This document shows positions 1 to 12,838 of a DNA stretch of 64,000 nt, in pieces. The position numbers and the translations under genes are program-made. The DNA is taken from NCBI GenBank assembly GCA_010093815.1, contig ML996569.1; one strand, given 5' to 3'. Source of the stretch: Pseudovirgaria hyperparasitica. Taxonomy: Eukaryota. The stretch's first letter is position 1. Every line of letters starts with the position of its first letter. The notes under the pieces were generated by a model, which was not told the origin of the DNA, did not search any database, and was given only the letters and a program-made list of their open reading frames with translations.

Positions 1-2003
1 ACGAGGATGAAACAAAAGTGCTTATTTCGCAATACATTTTTCAAATCGAGGACAGTCGTTCCGATAATGGTCAATGGCAGATCCATTGGTGATCGGCGCT
101 CAGAATTGTCTGCGCCTCTACTTCTTATTAAAGTTGCGATCCAAGGCCTCCTGAAGTTCGCGGAATGACTTTGAAACGACATTTGGCATCCCGATCTTAT
201 GTTAGTATGTATGCGAGAGTCAGGATTGGGGTTATCATGAAGCCAGGACAATATCGTTGACGCTGTTCAATAGAAGCTACATTTACGGATGAGCCTCTCA
301 CGCATTCCGGCTGATTACGCATATTGTCGTGTGCCAATGTTGATGAGACCTGGGTTACAGCTCGAGCAGGCGGTCTATGTCGAGCATGAATAGCAACTGC
401 TTAATCCTGGGTGCGGATATGCACCAACAGAGTGAGTAAAGAAGGCCATTGGAATCTGTACATGAGAAGAGCACGAATAGCATCGTTTGTGGCTTACCTT
501 GCACCCGATATACGGGCGAGATCTTCGGGAAAGCTTGTCTGTACAACTGGCGGCTGACCTTCAAGTGACCTGACGAGATCCATGAGGTGTATGAAAATGC
601 GATTACCTGGAGAAGCTCGGGTTATATTGCGAGATTCACGTGACCCTATATTTTCCCCATTAAAGGTTACCTTGCTATCGGAAACAAGCTAGACCGAAGG
701 AGGTTTGAGCAGAGACATCCCGAGTAGAACTAATTAACCCTAGGCAGCAAAATTGGGAAAAAGAAGAGACAAGTTTCCCATGTACGACAGAGACGAGAAA
801 CACGACACCAAGGGCTCCCCAGATAGAGGCGACGACTGTGTCCTCATGTCGATCTATTCTGCTCTGCCCAACCACGCGTAGATGTAGTAGTATGTCCTCC
901 GTACATCGGCATCGCGTGTTACATTTTCACTTCGGGAAATTCAGACGAGCGGCAATCGAGTGGATTCAACGCTCGAGAGCTCAAAGCGGCGACATCGAAC
1001 GTTCTGCATCAACTACTGTCCCTATTGAAGCATGAGTGTCCTCTTCGATAGCACTGGTACTGGTCTATGCATTACATCAATAACTGACTGTGTCATTCGT
1101 CAACCTCACGCACCACATACCTGCAGCATGTTATTCACGAGGGCGTGCTGCTGGATGCAGAATCTCCTCCAGCTGGCTCAAGCGGACAATCTACGCGGCC
1201 CTTTGATTACCTTTGGCTCTTCGCCGCTCATCTCACCTTTGACCTCTGGTGACACTGTATCATCCCTGGTAATCTAGCCTAGAGAGCCTGGTAGCTACGA
1301 ACGAATATGCAGCCGGTATCCCTGTCTGCATTGTCCATATCACAGACAGATGCATTTCGACATTCGGCATACCTCGTGCTACCCAACGTGGCCTGTAGGC
1401 ATGGCTTCTGCATATATCCCTAGGACGTCGCGCAATCTGTACCTGGGGCCTTTGGTGGAAAGCCTCATGCTTGCTATAGGCTCCAGTATTGACAATTTGA
1501 TCTGGACATTGTATGTCCATATCCATCATTCTACATTCCAGATTTCTTTCAATTTCGATTACCTCATCAAGGTCGTCTCTTGCAGGTCGCCCTTTCCTCC
1601 GTGTAAATAGAGTATACTGGAGGAAGTCGCGGAAGAACATCGACACCGCCAGTCACTGTATACCAAGCTCTTATGACCGCAGTACTTTCCTTCAGATTCA
1701 TCACTAGCCCAGGTAGCTCAGCTACCCAGATACCCACTGTCCTTCGACGAGGAACATTTACGACTCCTTCGTTCCTTCTCAACGCATAGGTCTCGTGGTA
1801 CGACTTTCAACCAAATCAACGCTGACATAAAACAGACTCGACGATTTTTCTTGTTAACCACCTTTGCACAGCTCTTGTAACACTCCTAGTGACCTGTATC
1901 TTCACATCTTGTGTCACTGTGTCCTCTGCAAAGACCAGTAGTATTTGCTGGGACTCACCAAGTGGTTCTTGGCGCTCTTAACTTTCTGCTCCTTTTCGAC
2001 ATT

Positions 2004-4629
2004 ATGGAGCATATGCGGGAGAGCCTAGATGACACTTTGGATGGTCCAGTGCCCTACCACTTTGTGTGGTGGATCATTATGTTGTCTTACTTTGTCAGTC
2101 TAGTTGGGTCCGTGACGACTGTCGAGTTTCTTCACCGTCGAAGAGTAGGTCAAGGCCTCATCAGCCAGTGAGTAAGCCAGTTATGTGCAACTTCTCATAC
2201 AACTAACATTCAGATAGGCTCCAGTTAGGTGCATGTGCCGTTAGCTTTGGACTTGTAGCCATTTGGTGCATGCATTTCGTTGGTAATCGTAGCATTGTAC
2301 TGGCGAATGGCGAACCTGAGCTTCAACTGTACTACAACGCGGCTTGGACAACGTTGTCGGCTGTACTGCCAATTTTTTTCCTCTATGTTGGTTTCTTCCT
2401 CGTAGATCGCTTTAGCAGGAGTCAACGTGCAATGCACCTCTCGCTCATCGGTACTGGACTCACTGCAGGCTTGTCTATCACAGGAATGTAAGTCTCTCAA
2501 TGTTCACTCACTCATCGTAATGCTCAAACCGAATTGCAGGCACTATGTGGGCAATCTTGGTGCCACGAATTATCGATTGTCGAACAAACCAGGTCATATA
2601 ATCGGTGCTGCAAGCATTGCTGTAGTCTCTTGCTGGGTCTCCTTCACCATTTTTTTCCGTCAGAAAGAGCTATGGATAAATTCGTGGTACCGACGAGTGA
2701 TGTGTGCCGTGTTGTTAGCTTGTACAGTGTCTGGTATGCATTGGACTGCTACTGCTGGAACGACCTATTATCGCATACGAACTTATGCCGGCACCGAGGA
2801 AGAAAGAAATCGCAATGTCATTGTTGCGACAGCACTAGTATGTGTGCGCCTAATACATGTCACATCGTACTTACCATTTCTAGTGTATGACAGCGCTGCT
2901 TTGTAGTGTTACGCTGATGTACGTGACCGAACGGCGACGGAGAGAATTAGCAGATCGTGCACAACACGTTGTGCTTGCAAGTTTCATCGTTGATCGCGAT
3001 GGACGTGTCCTCGTCACCCAAGAAGGACTGTTACCTTGTCGAATGATCACAAAGCAATACAACCAGAGATCCTTGAACGACGAATTCAACATTGCACATC
3101 CAGTTTTCCAATGGATCTATCGCGTCACCCACCACTGGTCTGGCGTTGCAATTCTGATACCAACAATGAGATCTCACTTGCGAGCAGTCGGAGCATTACA
3201 GGGCTCGATACGACCTGGAGCACTGCGAACGGCAACCACATCATGGGACGGCGCGACCGCCGAGGACGATTATTCTGCTATCTTCAGAGAACAATTTTGT
3301 GTTGCTGCTCAGGACCTTGCCGATAATCTCCACGTGCCATTAGACTCACTTGGGACCTTGATGGACGATATTATGATGACAGGCATAGGAAGCAAGAAGT
3401 TCAAGACCAAGGGTGGAAATGTTATGTCTGCGTTAGAAGCAGGGATGTATGCCCCTGCACTGTTCGGAAAGGGCCAGATCTTGTTTCTGGTCAAACAAGT
3501 CAACAAGATCGAGGCAGTAAGACTAGTCGATCAAGGATATCGATTTGCACATATCGAAAGGCCGACTGACAAAGTTCTTGAGCTGATGGCGCGGGGTATG
3601 CAAGTTAAGAGAGAGGACTTGCTGCTGAAAATAACGTGCATGAAGGAGTTCGGTCTACAGGACGCCGAAAAGATGAAATCGCCGCTCGAATCAGGAACAC
3701 ACATATCGTGTTTTGTCTTACGCCCTCCCGTGAAGAGCTCTGCATCTGGCTGGGATGTTCTGGTACGAAAAACCTGTCCTAATACTCTTCCAAGCGTGGA
3801 ACTCTACTCCACCACGCTTCCGCCTTCTCGAGTGCAGCTTTTAGAGCGTCTAGATGGATTCAACTATACTCAGTGTTTGAACTACTGCGATAAGATGACA
3901 AACGACGCTACAACTTCAGAGGATAGAGAGTTCCACCGGCTTGTATGGAAGACCATGGTTCATCTGGAGAAGCTGCTGCCAGCCGCGTTCCTGCGGTGTG
4001 CCCTGTTTTGTGGCACGCCTGTTAACGTTCAGAACTGCAGTGCTAGCAAAGGTGCTACTCTCTTTTCATTCTGCGTTATTCCCGATGTCCATAGCTCTAG
4101 CCTGAGCGCTGAGGACGTCGTAAATTGGACCCCTTTCAGTTTCTTCCGATGCCGACAACGCACGCACAAAGGCTCAGTAGATCACATACTGCTAGCTCGC
4201 CGCAACCACATCGAATTTGGCGCTCTGCTAGCAAACATTGGGGTCAATCAGCTGCAGTATCATTCGAATACAGTCCATAAACCTAGCATAAACGACGTCA
4301 CACGTAATGCCGCCGCGAAACCTCTGTCCAAGCTCTTAGAACGCCTCGGGGGAGGCAACAAAGATCTCACACCAGTTCACTTCGTGACTGACAGCTCTTC
4401 TGAAAAGGGTCTCGTCGATCGTGTCAGCCGGGAAGAACCTAGTTGCAATCCTTTCGGTGGAATCATGGTCAGTCAAGACATTACCGTCGACACGGACGAC
4501 AAGGCAGCGCCTGGTATTGAGCTGCACGATCTCGGCATGCGAACCGAAGCCGGCGTCGCCGATAGCGAGACATCAACATATGTGGATCAGCTTTTCCGGC
4601 TGACCAGTGCAAAGTGGTCGAAGCCGTGA
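2004..4629 (+). CDS. MHYT-domain integral membrane signalling protein with long cytoplasmic C-terminus; 4 exons (introns 2168-2217, 2488-2539, 2838-2883)
   Basis: Splicing joins the ORF pieces in frame. Multiple hydrophobic helices carry three MHYT-type motifs: IWCMHFVGN, ITGMHYVGN, VSGMHWTA. Confidence 0.88.
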
Positions 4630-5714
4630 GTTGTCGTGCCAGGTGAGTGATATGTCTACCGTCTCATCAGATCGACATGTTGCCTACTTTGTGATTTGTT
4701 CTAGTAATACCCAGACTACTCTTTGTGTGGAGTATTGTAGAGTTTCTTTCTTCTGGTGTGCAGTGTTTTGACTGTGCGTTTCATGCAGATAGCTAGTGGC
4801 TTTTTGTCAATAGATATATGATACCGCCTCATAAGCAGGTTCAAACTTGCCCGGGTCCAGATGGCACTGTGTATCATGGACGTATCTGGCTATACATGCT
4901 CACCTGTCTATGCTTTGTGCCGTCACGTCGGCGTGTCGGCATGTTGGCGTGTTGGCGTCTACGTACTCGAACGGGAAGATTGATAATTCCGTTCGATTAT
5001 CAATGGATGGATCCGGGGGTTCATTTCTATACGGATGCATGGAATGTGGTACAGTTATCCTAATTAGTGCATAAACGAGGCCCCAAGCAAAACCTGAGAT
5101 CTCTCCTTGGCAGAGCTAGAAAGTTGATGTAGAAGACGGTGTAGCTGTCGTCCCCGCAAACCGCACTTACAAGGGCGTAGAAACAACGTTGGCGGTCGTC
5201 TCGTAGAGCCCTAAAGCTGATTAGAATTTACCCTCAAGTCCCTATACCATGGGAATGTACCTAAACGCCATACTGTTTTGAACTGTACTATACAGTAATT
5301 AATGGTCATGGGAAATTTCCGCAAGCCAAGTGGCGCTGTTGGTTACAATTGATTGGTAGGTTCGGACAGCCCTGTCCAATCGGAGCACACATGGCCTGGA
5401 GTACCTAACCCGACCCGAGCGACCGGAAATCCTTCGGCAGCGCCCTGTGGTGCCGTGAACGCCACTCCATAGTCTCGATGCGCCTCATATTGCTGGCCTG
5501 GAGCATGAACGAATGAAACGCTGTCTGCTCGCCGCATTCGTGTCCGCAATACTAAACATGAATTGAAGTGTTCTGGATGCTTGACGAATGCAGTGCCGCA
5601 GGCGGCCGTCGGCGCTCCACCCCTTTTGTTTGATACAACCTTCGAACCCCGTCTTATTAAATATTCTTGGTCTCTCCTGTTATCTGCGTCTGTCAACTTC
5701 AGCATTGAGTCATT

Positions 5715-7263
5715 ATGAAGGCATCATCGATTCTTGTTTCCCTGATCGGGGTGGCCACGGCCACAGTCAGGCCTCCGCCAGGGTGTGCATACGATAAGTG
5801 TTTCTGGAAGGACCAGATTCCGCAGGAATGGAAGCCCCTCGTCACGAAGTTCTGCAAGGCCTTAATTGGCAAACAGCCATGTTCGACACCGTCTGCCCGT
5901 TTCAGCACAGTCGTCAATACGTTGTCACCGACGACTGTCCAGCAGACGTTGCCACAGTCTACAGTTGTCGAGACGGTCCAATATACGACTACGGTGGTAG
6001 ACAGTGTCGAGGTCACCAACACGCAGACCCAGGGCACACTCTGTGTGGTGACTACCGATGGCCAAACTCCTGTCACGTCCATCACCTATCCACGATTTAC
6101 TAACCCGGCATCGAACCAACCACAGGCACGCGATTTGGATGAACTCGCTGCTCAAGATGACCCGCAATATCGAAACCGTATGAAGCGCGATACCTTACCC
6201 GCCTTTGCGACAGCTGGATGTAACAAGTCACCACCCCTTCAAAAGCTGAAGGATGCCTGCAAATGCTTCCTTGCTAGCCCCGAAAGTCCTATCAAAAGTA
6301 AGCAGAACCTGCCATACCACTTCCAAGGACCTTTGTTGACAGATCATAGCAACAACCATAGTCCAAGCCGGCTCAACGGTCATCCAGACTCTCCCTGCCC
6401 AGACTACCACTGTTATCGAAACCCTGCCACAGCAGACCGTCCGCGTAACTTCAACAAACGTCGTCACTGCCACCGTCCAGTCCTGCACCTCCACCTCCAC
6501 CGTCTACTCGTCCACCATTGCCATATCAAGCTGCGGCGCTCCGCCAGGCACGTACGTAAGCAGAACAATCGGGCAAATCTCCTGCACCCAGCCCGCCGCC
6601 GCCCCCTCCGGCTCCGTCAACGCCTTCCACCGCATCGAAGCCGACAACAACCAAGGCACCGTCTTCGAGGGCTGCATCTACGCCGGCCCACGCTCCATCA
6701 CCACCCCAAGCGGCGGCACCCACCAGTGCGGCGCATCCACCGGGACCTCCATCACAGGCCAGACCGATGCCGCTTCCCAGCTCACCGGATTCACCTACGA
6801 CGGCACGTTCTCCCCGAGCTTCAACGACTACTTCATCACGCGCATCGGCTCGACTCAACAGAGCGGTAATAGCTACTGGGGCGTGCTGAATAACGGCGTG
6901 TTCACCACGTCTGGCGGGTGCGGTGCCCAGGTGCGCGCCGGGGACTCGTCGCTGTGGCAGTGGGACGCCTTCAATCTGAACCAGCTCCTGACTATCGCAC
7001 CGCAGTACGCTGTTGTGAGCGTGGGCTCGACCGTGTCCATCACCGTTACTGGCAGGAGTCCGAACGGCGGCCCATCGAGTCCGTTTCAAGGAGCCACGCT
7101 CAGTGGTGGCCAGGGGCTGCAGTCGGGCTCGGACGGTGGCATTACGTTCACTGTGCCGTCCGAGCCGGGCTGCTATCAGTATAAGGCGTCGGCGGGAGGT
7201 TCGGGCAGGTCGAATGCGTTTTACTTGAATGTGGTTTCCCAGTTTCCCAGTGAGATCAAGTGA
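5715..7263 (+). CDS. Secreted Cys/Thr-rich protein with C-terminal DUF4430/transcobalamin-like domain and Ig-like tail; intron 6298-6349
   Basis: Signal peptide MKASSILVSLIGVATA, Thr/Val-rich tracts and a dibasic MKR|D site. A GTAAGC...TTGAC...TAG intron gives an open frame to TGA at 7263, containing RIEADNNQGTVFEG...TPSGGTHQC...FTYDGTF...DYFITRIG...YWGVLNNG...GGC...GDSSLWQWDAF. Confidence 0.8.
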
Positions 7264-8302
7264 GCTTGCTTGCTTGCTTGCGTACTTGTTCTGGGTGTTT
7301 CCTATCTTGCTTCGAATTTTTCTGTCCGACCAATTTATTCGTTCGAGTTTTTGATATGGATGTGTGGCCTGGTTCGCTGAATCTATCTATTGCTTTGACA
7401 AGCTTTTTTTTTTCCTTGTATAGATATTTACATACATACATGTTCGACACGAAAGCGTCCAGATGTAATAGCTTGCTTCGTAATTCGAAGGATTTGAGGC
7501 TCGATTTTTTTTTTTCGCTTGCTGGCTACTTGCACTCGTGTCATGTGTGAGGTCCCTTTATAAGAGAGATATATACCCGTTCCTGCTGTTCTTCCTCGTC
7601 TCCATGACTCTTACTATCGTCATACTACTCTACAGAATTAAACATGATGTTAGACACTAGTCTCCAGTTTTACCAAAAAATGAGTAGAGGAAACAGTAAA
7701 AGTAGTAGTCAGGGGCATAATGATTGGAAAGTCATGGTAATAAAGTATGTCTCTTCTCGATCGAAGAATATCTGCATGTCACTCTCTCTTTGGGGCTCAT
7801 GATGGAGCAATTCCGCGACTTGGGATATACTAACGTATGGTCATTGACATTGGAAGCGAAGCATTGAGACTGTCACGAGGAACATAGGTAGGCCACGAAA
7901 TTCTTCGCAAATGGTTTAATGTATTCAAAAGAGGGAGTAGTATATAATACAATAATAACGACAACGATGCTGGGTCTCAAGAACCTTCCATAACAGTCTA
8001 ATGCGCGCCCCGAGGGATGAACATCAACTGTGCAGTTCTATTTCTTTTCTATAGTGTAAAACAAGTAGACGAGCCTCAGTGGGCACCGAGGTATCGTCGA
8101 AAAGACCGTACAACGCCTGCAGACAGCTTCCAGCCCTTGGTTGGCTGCCAGATCCTTCCATGAGTACAATTACCGTGGTCCCTGATATTGTCTATAGCCG
8201 ATTCCGAATAGTGCGCCATGAATGAGTGGAGAGGTGATAATTACAGATATATTTTCGAAGTGATTGTGTTTGCCTGACATAACAAGGTGCTAGGCAGAGT
8301 GA

Positions 8303-9364
8303 TTAGGTCTCCAATCTGCAAGCCTTCATCTTCGGGGAGGTAGCACCATTGGTACGCTTGACCGGGACGAGGCTTGCAGCAGAGACTGGAACCACGGTTA
8401 CGGAGGGGACTGGGGCCGAGCTTTCTGAAGCGACTGGAACGAGGCTTCGTGAGATTTTGACGCGAGCATTCATTTCGTGGTCGGCTCTGAACGGCCAGTA
8501 ATGGCGCCCAGTTGTAGGGTCGATGACTCCCAAGTCGATCTCTTCGTGCAAGCTGCCGTGACGCATATAGTCACGAAGGGAAGGGACATTTAGTTTGGTC
8601 AGGAAAACCTCGTCGTTCGGACGAGCCTTGTTCCCCGCATAGGTGCGGTACTCCCCAAGAATTTCGTGCATGGATGATCCGTGGAGCTTGCGCCAGGCAC
8701 CAACAGTGCATCCGGTACGGTGCTTGCCCTTGTTACAATGGATGAGCATTGGATAGTTCGTTTCGTCGCTGAGAATGTCGATAATCATGGCAATGGTTTT
8801 GATCTGCATCTGAACACCATCCTTATTCGCAGGCAGAGGCACGGTATAGAGCTTCTTGGCATTGTCTTTGATCCAGGCAGAATAGGTCGCCTCATGGGGA
8901 CCTTCGACAAGAATACTAGGAAATATTAGTGTTCCGGAGAGAATAGGTAGCACGTGTTGATCACTTACAGGATACTTTTCAGGCCTAAGCCGGCGAGAAA
9001 AGGGAGGTTTTCTTGGCTTGGGTAGGCACTGCGGTAGATCCTCCCAGCCTCTACAGTGCCATAGTTTGGCGGAGGAATAGTGGAGACCATGCGATGACAG
9101 GTATAGCTGGAAAGCTTGACTTGGTAGCGAACCCTGCCAACTAGGAATATGTCAGTGCGCGCATGCATAAGTGTGTGAGACGTGATACGTACTGATCACG
9201 CAGCGACGTTGTTGCCAAAGAGCCTCCTTCTTCCGCATGATACGAAGGGCAGGGTGTTCGTCCTCCTCCTCGATGGTGGCAGGTTCATGGACATTGTTGA
9301 TGGGTGCTTCCACAACAAGCGGGCCGTCGGCAGGGCGATCGGGGAGAGGCATTACAGCAGACAT
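8303..9364 (-). CDS. Siw14/Oca-family (Y_phosphatase2) phosphatase; introns 9141-9192 and 8916-8968
   Basis: PPPNYGTVEAGRIYRSAYP and the intact P-loop LIHCNKGKHRTGC, followed by EYRTYAGNKAR. The exact start is uncertain. Confidence 0.88.
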
Positions 9365-9561
9365 ACTGATAGAGATGGGGGTATGAACGAGTGTAAGGCC
9401 AGCCTGCTGGACACGCAGACACAATATATTTGAGAGCGAGTGGGCTTGGAAGATGAGTAGTGAGAATTGACAGTATTGAACGTCTGTGAGAATTTGATCA
9501 GTCAGGTAAAATTTCTGAAAGTCTCAGAGAGAGGCAGCTGGCTAAATACCTGTGAGCAGGC

Positions 9562-9684
9562 TTCAGAGCGCGAACCCAGCATTCAGAGCGCAGTTCAGAG
9601 CGCAGTTCAGAGCGTCGGAGGGCAGCTCAGGGCTTCAGAGCGCGAGAACGGGGCTTCAGAGCGCAAACTCGAAGCTTCAGAGCG
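9562..9684. repeat. Seven copies of TTCAGAGCG with variable spacers
   Basis: Copies start at 9562, 9582, 9594, 9606, 9634, 9655 and 9676. Confidence 0.95.
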
Positions 9685-11461
9685 CCTGCGAGTTCGCTAA
9701 GGTCACAGGATCAAATCCATGGATTGGGAGAACGGAAGTCAGTTGAGGTATAGATCAGATCCATTGTGGAAACAGATTGGAGGTGTTGGAGGGCGTATAC
9801 GTGTGTGTTGGACAGGCGTGGGAGAGTAGCAGAAACGCGTATCAGGGGATAGCGAGTTCGTAGTTCCAGGGCTCAGTGGGAGAGAGAGAGTGTGTGAGAG
9901 AGGTGTTGGGTGGTTGTGAGGAAGTCGCGAATCCGTGGGAGGAAAAAAGCAGAACCGGTGGGACACGAACTTTGAAGCGTGATTGTCGCATTCCTTCCTC
10001 CCACTCTCCCCCCCTCTGAAAAGGACGTTGGGTTCCTACCTATTCTGGGAGTGGAAGGGATGCGTGATGAGACGAACGCGTGGCCGGGTCGAGCGATACT
10101 GCGGCCGTTGGACGTTAAAGCTAAACTCCAAAGTCCGAACGGGAAGAATAGGCCGACGGTGACGTAGCTAGAGACGAGCAGGCCTCAGGCTTCAGAAATT
10201 CACCGTTAGCCGTTTTTGTTTTCTTTGTTCCGAATTCTCTGTCTGGTGTGTTTGTGCTGTGTTGTGATTCTGTCCGTTGTTCTTTTGTTCTCGGGCGACT
10301 ATACAATAGAGATACCGTCAGCTTTCTTCCGCATTCTTCCTGGCCAGTCAGATTGTTCCCGTCAGACCCCGCGCGGCATCCATGGATCCAACTTTTAATT
10401 ACCATCTGGTCCCGCCGTGCCAGTCTGTCTGTCTTATAAGCTGCTGAATTAACACCGCCAGGCACCAGACTGTCCTGGACTAAAAAAGGGAACAGGGGAA
10501 CAAGTCGGAACTTGTAGGTGTTGTCGACTTAGTCATTCTTAGCTGTGGCGCCTGGCCTGCACCTGCATCGGCAACTGCAGCCCTGTTCTGCCCTGCATAT
10601 ACCCACCTGGCGAGCCTCATAGCGAGTCATTACAAGCGAGTCTTTTTCTCTCACTTTCATCACGACAGCGACGGTGATAGCGACGGCGATAGCAACGACC
10701 ACCTTGAGGCATACTTGATGCATGATTGATGCAGGATACACTGTTGAGCACCCTCTGTTACATTCTTGCATTGCGACACGGCCGTCTGCAGCATGCTGAG
10801 AAGGGACAAACGCGTATATTCGCGCGTGGGATAATGTCAACCGTCTTCGTGGCCGTAGCCTGTAATAGCAGCAGCAGTGTGGACTCTTGCCAGCGCTCAG
10901 TCATGCATGCGTTGGAGGGCTTTGCTCTGGCTGGCTCGATTTGCGGCATTCGTATCATGTAGATGAAGGGCTGCGTATGATCGTGGACTGGGCTGCCACC
11001 GTTCCAAGCCTCGCATCGCATTTTGGCAGACTAGCTGTGTAGCCGCTTTGCACTTGAACCACGTTCTTGAGGAAGAGTTGATCCGGCGAATCCGGCTGGT
11101 CTCGTCATCTGGCCGGAGCAAGCGCTCGGTTCCGGTTTCCAGCACAACCGTCGACTGGCGTGCAGTCTTCGTGCATGTTTTGCGATGACGGAGGGGAAGA
11201 TCGCAGACGTTGGGCAGAAAGTGATGGTGAAAGCTCGAGCCTGAGCTTGAGCTGCAGCCTGAGGTGTCAATGTGGAGTCGACCGCGGCATGTGCACGAGC
11301 CATAGACTTCTGTCCAATCAAAAGCCTGCCAGCCAAAACATCCGTGCACATGTTTTATGCTTTCTCCACTCCACTTACTCCGCAAAACTGTCACGACATT
11401 TCAACCTTCAACATCACCGCTCTCGACAACGTCTGGCTCAACTCAGACAACAATCACAGCA

Positions 11462-12838
11462 ATGGAGGGCTCTACTCCTCGAACACCGACCTCTCGCTCG
11501 TCTCGCCGCTCCATCCCCAACCTCGCAAATCTCAACATCGCCCCTCTGTCCTCTGCACCCCTCGAGCCCTCCTCACCGTCTCCAACCGATGCAGCCCTGA
11601 CCTCGCCTCACACCTCGTACATCCAACACAAATCCGCCCCAAACACGCCCGGCGTGCTCTCCCTCTCCCAATCCCGCGCCTCCTCCCACCACCGTCGACA
11701 TCCCAAGTACACTCACGCCGGCAACAGCTACTTCCCGACCGCACCTCCCTCGCCCACAGGTACGGGCACACTTACGGCGCCCATAACCTCATCCCAATCC
11801 GCCAGCGCCCTCCACCAAGCCGGGCCCCTCGATGCCCGCGGCCGCATCAAAGCGCCCCAGTCGACACCTGCCACCGCGCAAGCCAGCAAACCCCCGAAAT
11901 CAGGCCACAAGCGCGCACACACCACCACCACCGCCGCCACGACCGTGATAACGGCAGACTGGCTGCACCGCGCCGGCCTCGCCATCGCCTCGCAGACGCG
12001 CGACCAGAAGGGCCAGACCTGGCTCGTGGCGCGTGATAGCAGCACTGCTCTCGCCGTCGCGCCGTCGACTCCTGACGTCGACCACCATCACCACCATGCT
12101 GCTAGCTTGGATCAAGCCCTGCTTGCACGCACCTCGCTGGACAGAGAGCCCGGCTCGGCGTGGAATAGTCGCGCGGGCAGCCGTGCGCAGTCGGCGCTTA
12201 ACAGTCGCCGTGGCAGTCGGGTCGCGAGCAGGGCCGAACTCGGCGGTGTTGGTGCTGGTGCTGGTAGCTGGGCAGGCGTGCCGAGCTATGCAGCGAGCGG
12301 TGCGACGAGTCCGGTCATGGGCCCGGACTTTGTCGATCTTCCCGGCGAAGACACTGCCGATGGGTACGGATACGGGGCAGGGAATGGGAGTAATGGGGGC
12401 GAGGACGAGGATGGCGAAGAGGTGGTGGCTAAGCTGACGCGCGAAGGTACGCTTGGGCTCGGCGGCTGGGTCGATCGACTGGTGGGCTGGACGCTGTTCC
12501 GCGTGGCGGAGGACGGGGAGGACGACGATGATGATGGAGATGAAGATGAAAATGAAAATGATGAAGACAGGAGAACGAACGAGGCCGGGACGCGGAATTT
12601 GAAGATGGTTGATGGCGAGGCGCTGCGGACAAGGACGGCAGAGCTGGAGGCGGCGAGACGGAGAAGGGAGCGGGATCGGGAGGCCATTAACGCAGCGAGT
12701 GCAAAGGCCGTCGGGACGGAATTCGTCGTCGTCGACGATGATGACGTGGATAAGAAGGCGGACGGGCAGAGTGCTGCGGAGGGCGGATGGCAGGATGCAG
12801 CCTGGCTGTTGAGTGTTGCGTCAAAGGTGCTTTTATAG
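11462..12838 (+). CDS. Conserved fungal low-complexity protein, DUF3984-like
   Basis: Single ORF from ATG 11462 with NLANLNIAPL, WLHRAGLAIASQTRDQKGQTWLVARDSST, GLGGWVDRLVGWTLF and terminal GGWQDAAWLLSVASKVLL. Confidence 0.8.
   Translation: MEGSTPRTPTSRSSRRSIPNLANLNIAPLSSAPLEPSSPSPTDAALTSPHTSYIQHKSAPNTPGVLSLSQSRASSHHRRHPKYTHAGNSYFPTAPPSPTGTGTLTAPITSSQSASALHQAGPLDARGRIKAPQSTPATAQASKPPKSGHKRAHTTTTAATTVITADWLHRAGLAIASQTRDQKGQTWLVARDSSTALAVAPSTPDVDHHHHHAASLDQALLARTSLDREPGSAWNSRAGSRAQSALNSRRGSRVASRAELGGVGAGAGSWAGVPSYAASGATSPVMGPDFVDLPGEDTADGYGYGAGNGSNGGEDEDGEEVVAKLTREGTLGLGGWVDRLVGWTLFRVAEDGEDDDDDGDEDENENDEDRRTNEAGTRNLKMVDGEALRTRTAELEAARRRRERDREAINAASAKAVGTEFVVVDDDDVDKKADGQSAAEGGWQDAAWLLSVASKVLL

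Noticed and set aside
1..1950. Short ORFs upstream of the MHYT gene
   Set aside because: No recognisable motifs or consistent exon chain; treated as intergenic or 5' leader.
6298..6869. Arg/His-rich C-terminus of ORF 5715-6869
   Set aside because: Artefact of reading through the intron at 6298-6349; the real exon is in another frame.
9562..9684. CRISPR-like repeat-spacer array
   Set aside because: The repeat is only 9 bp with 3-19 bp spacers, the context is eukaryotic and there are no cas genes.
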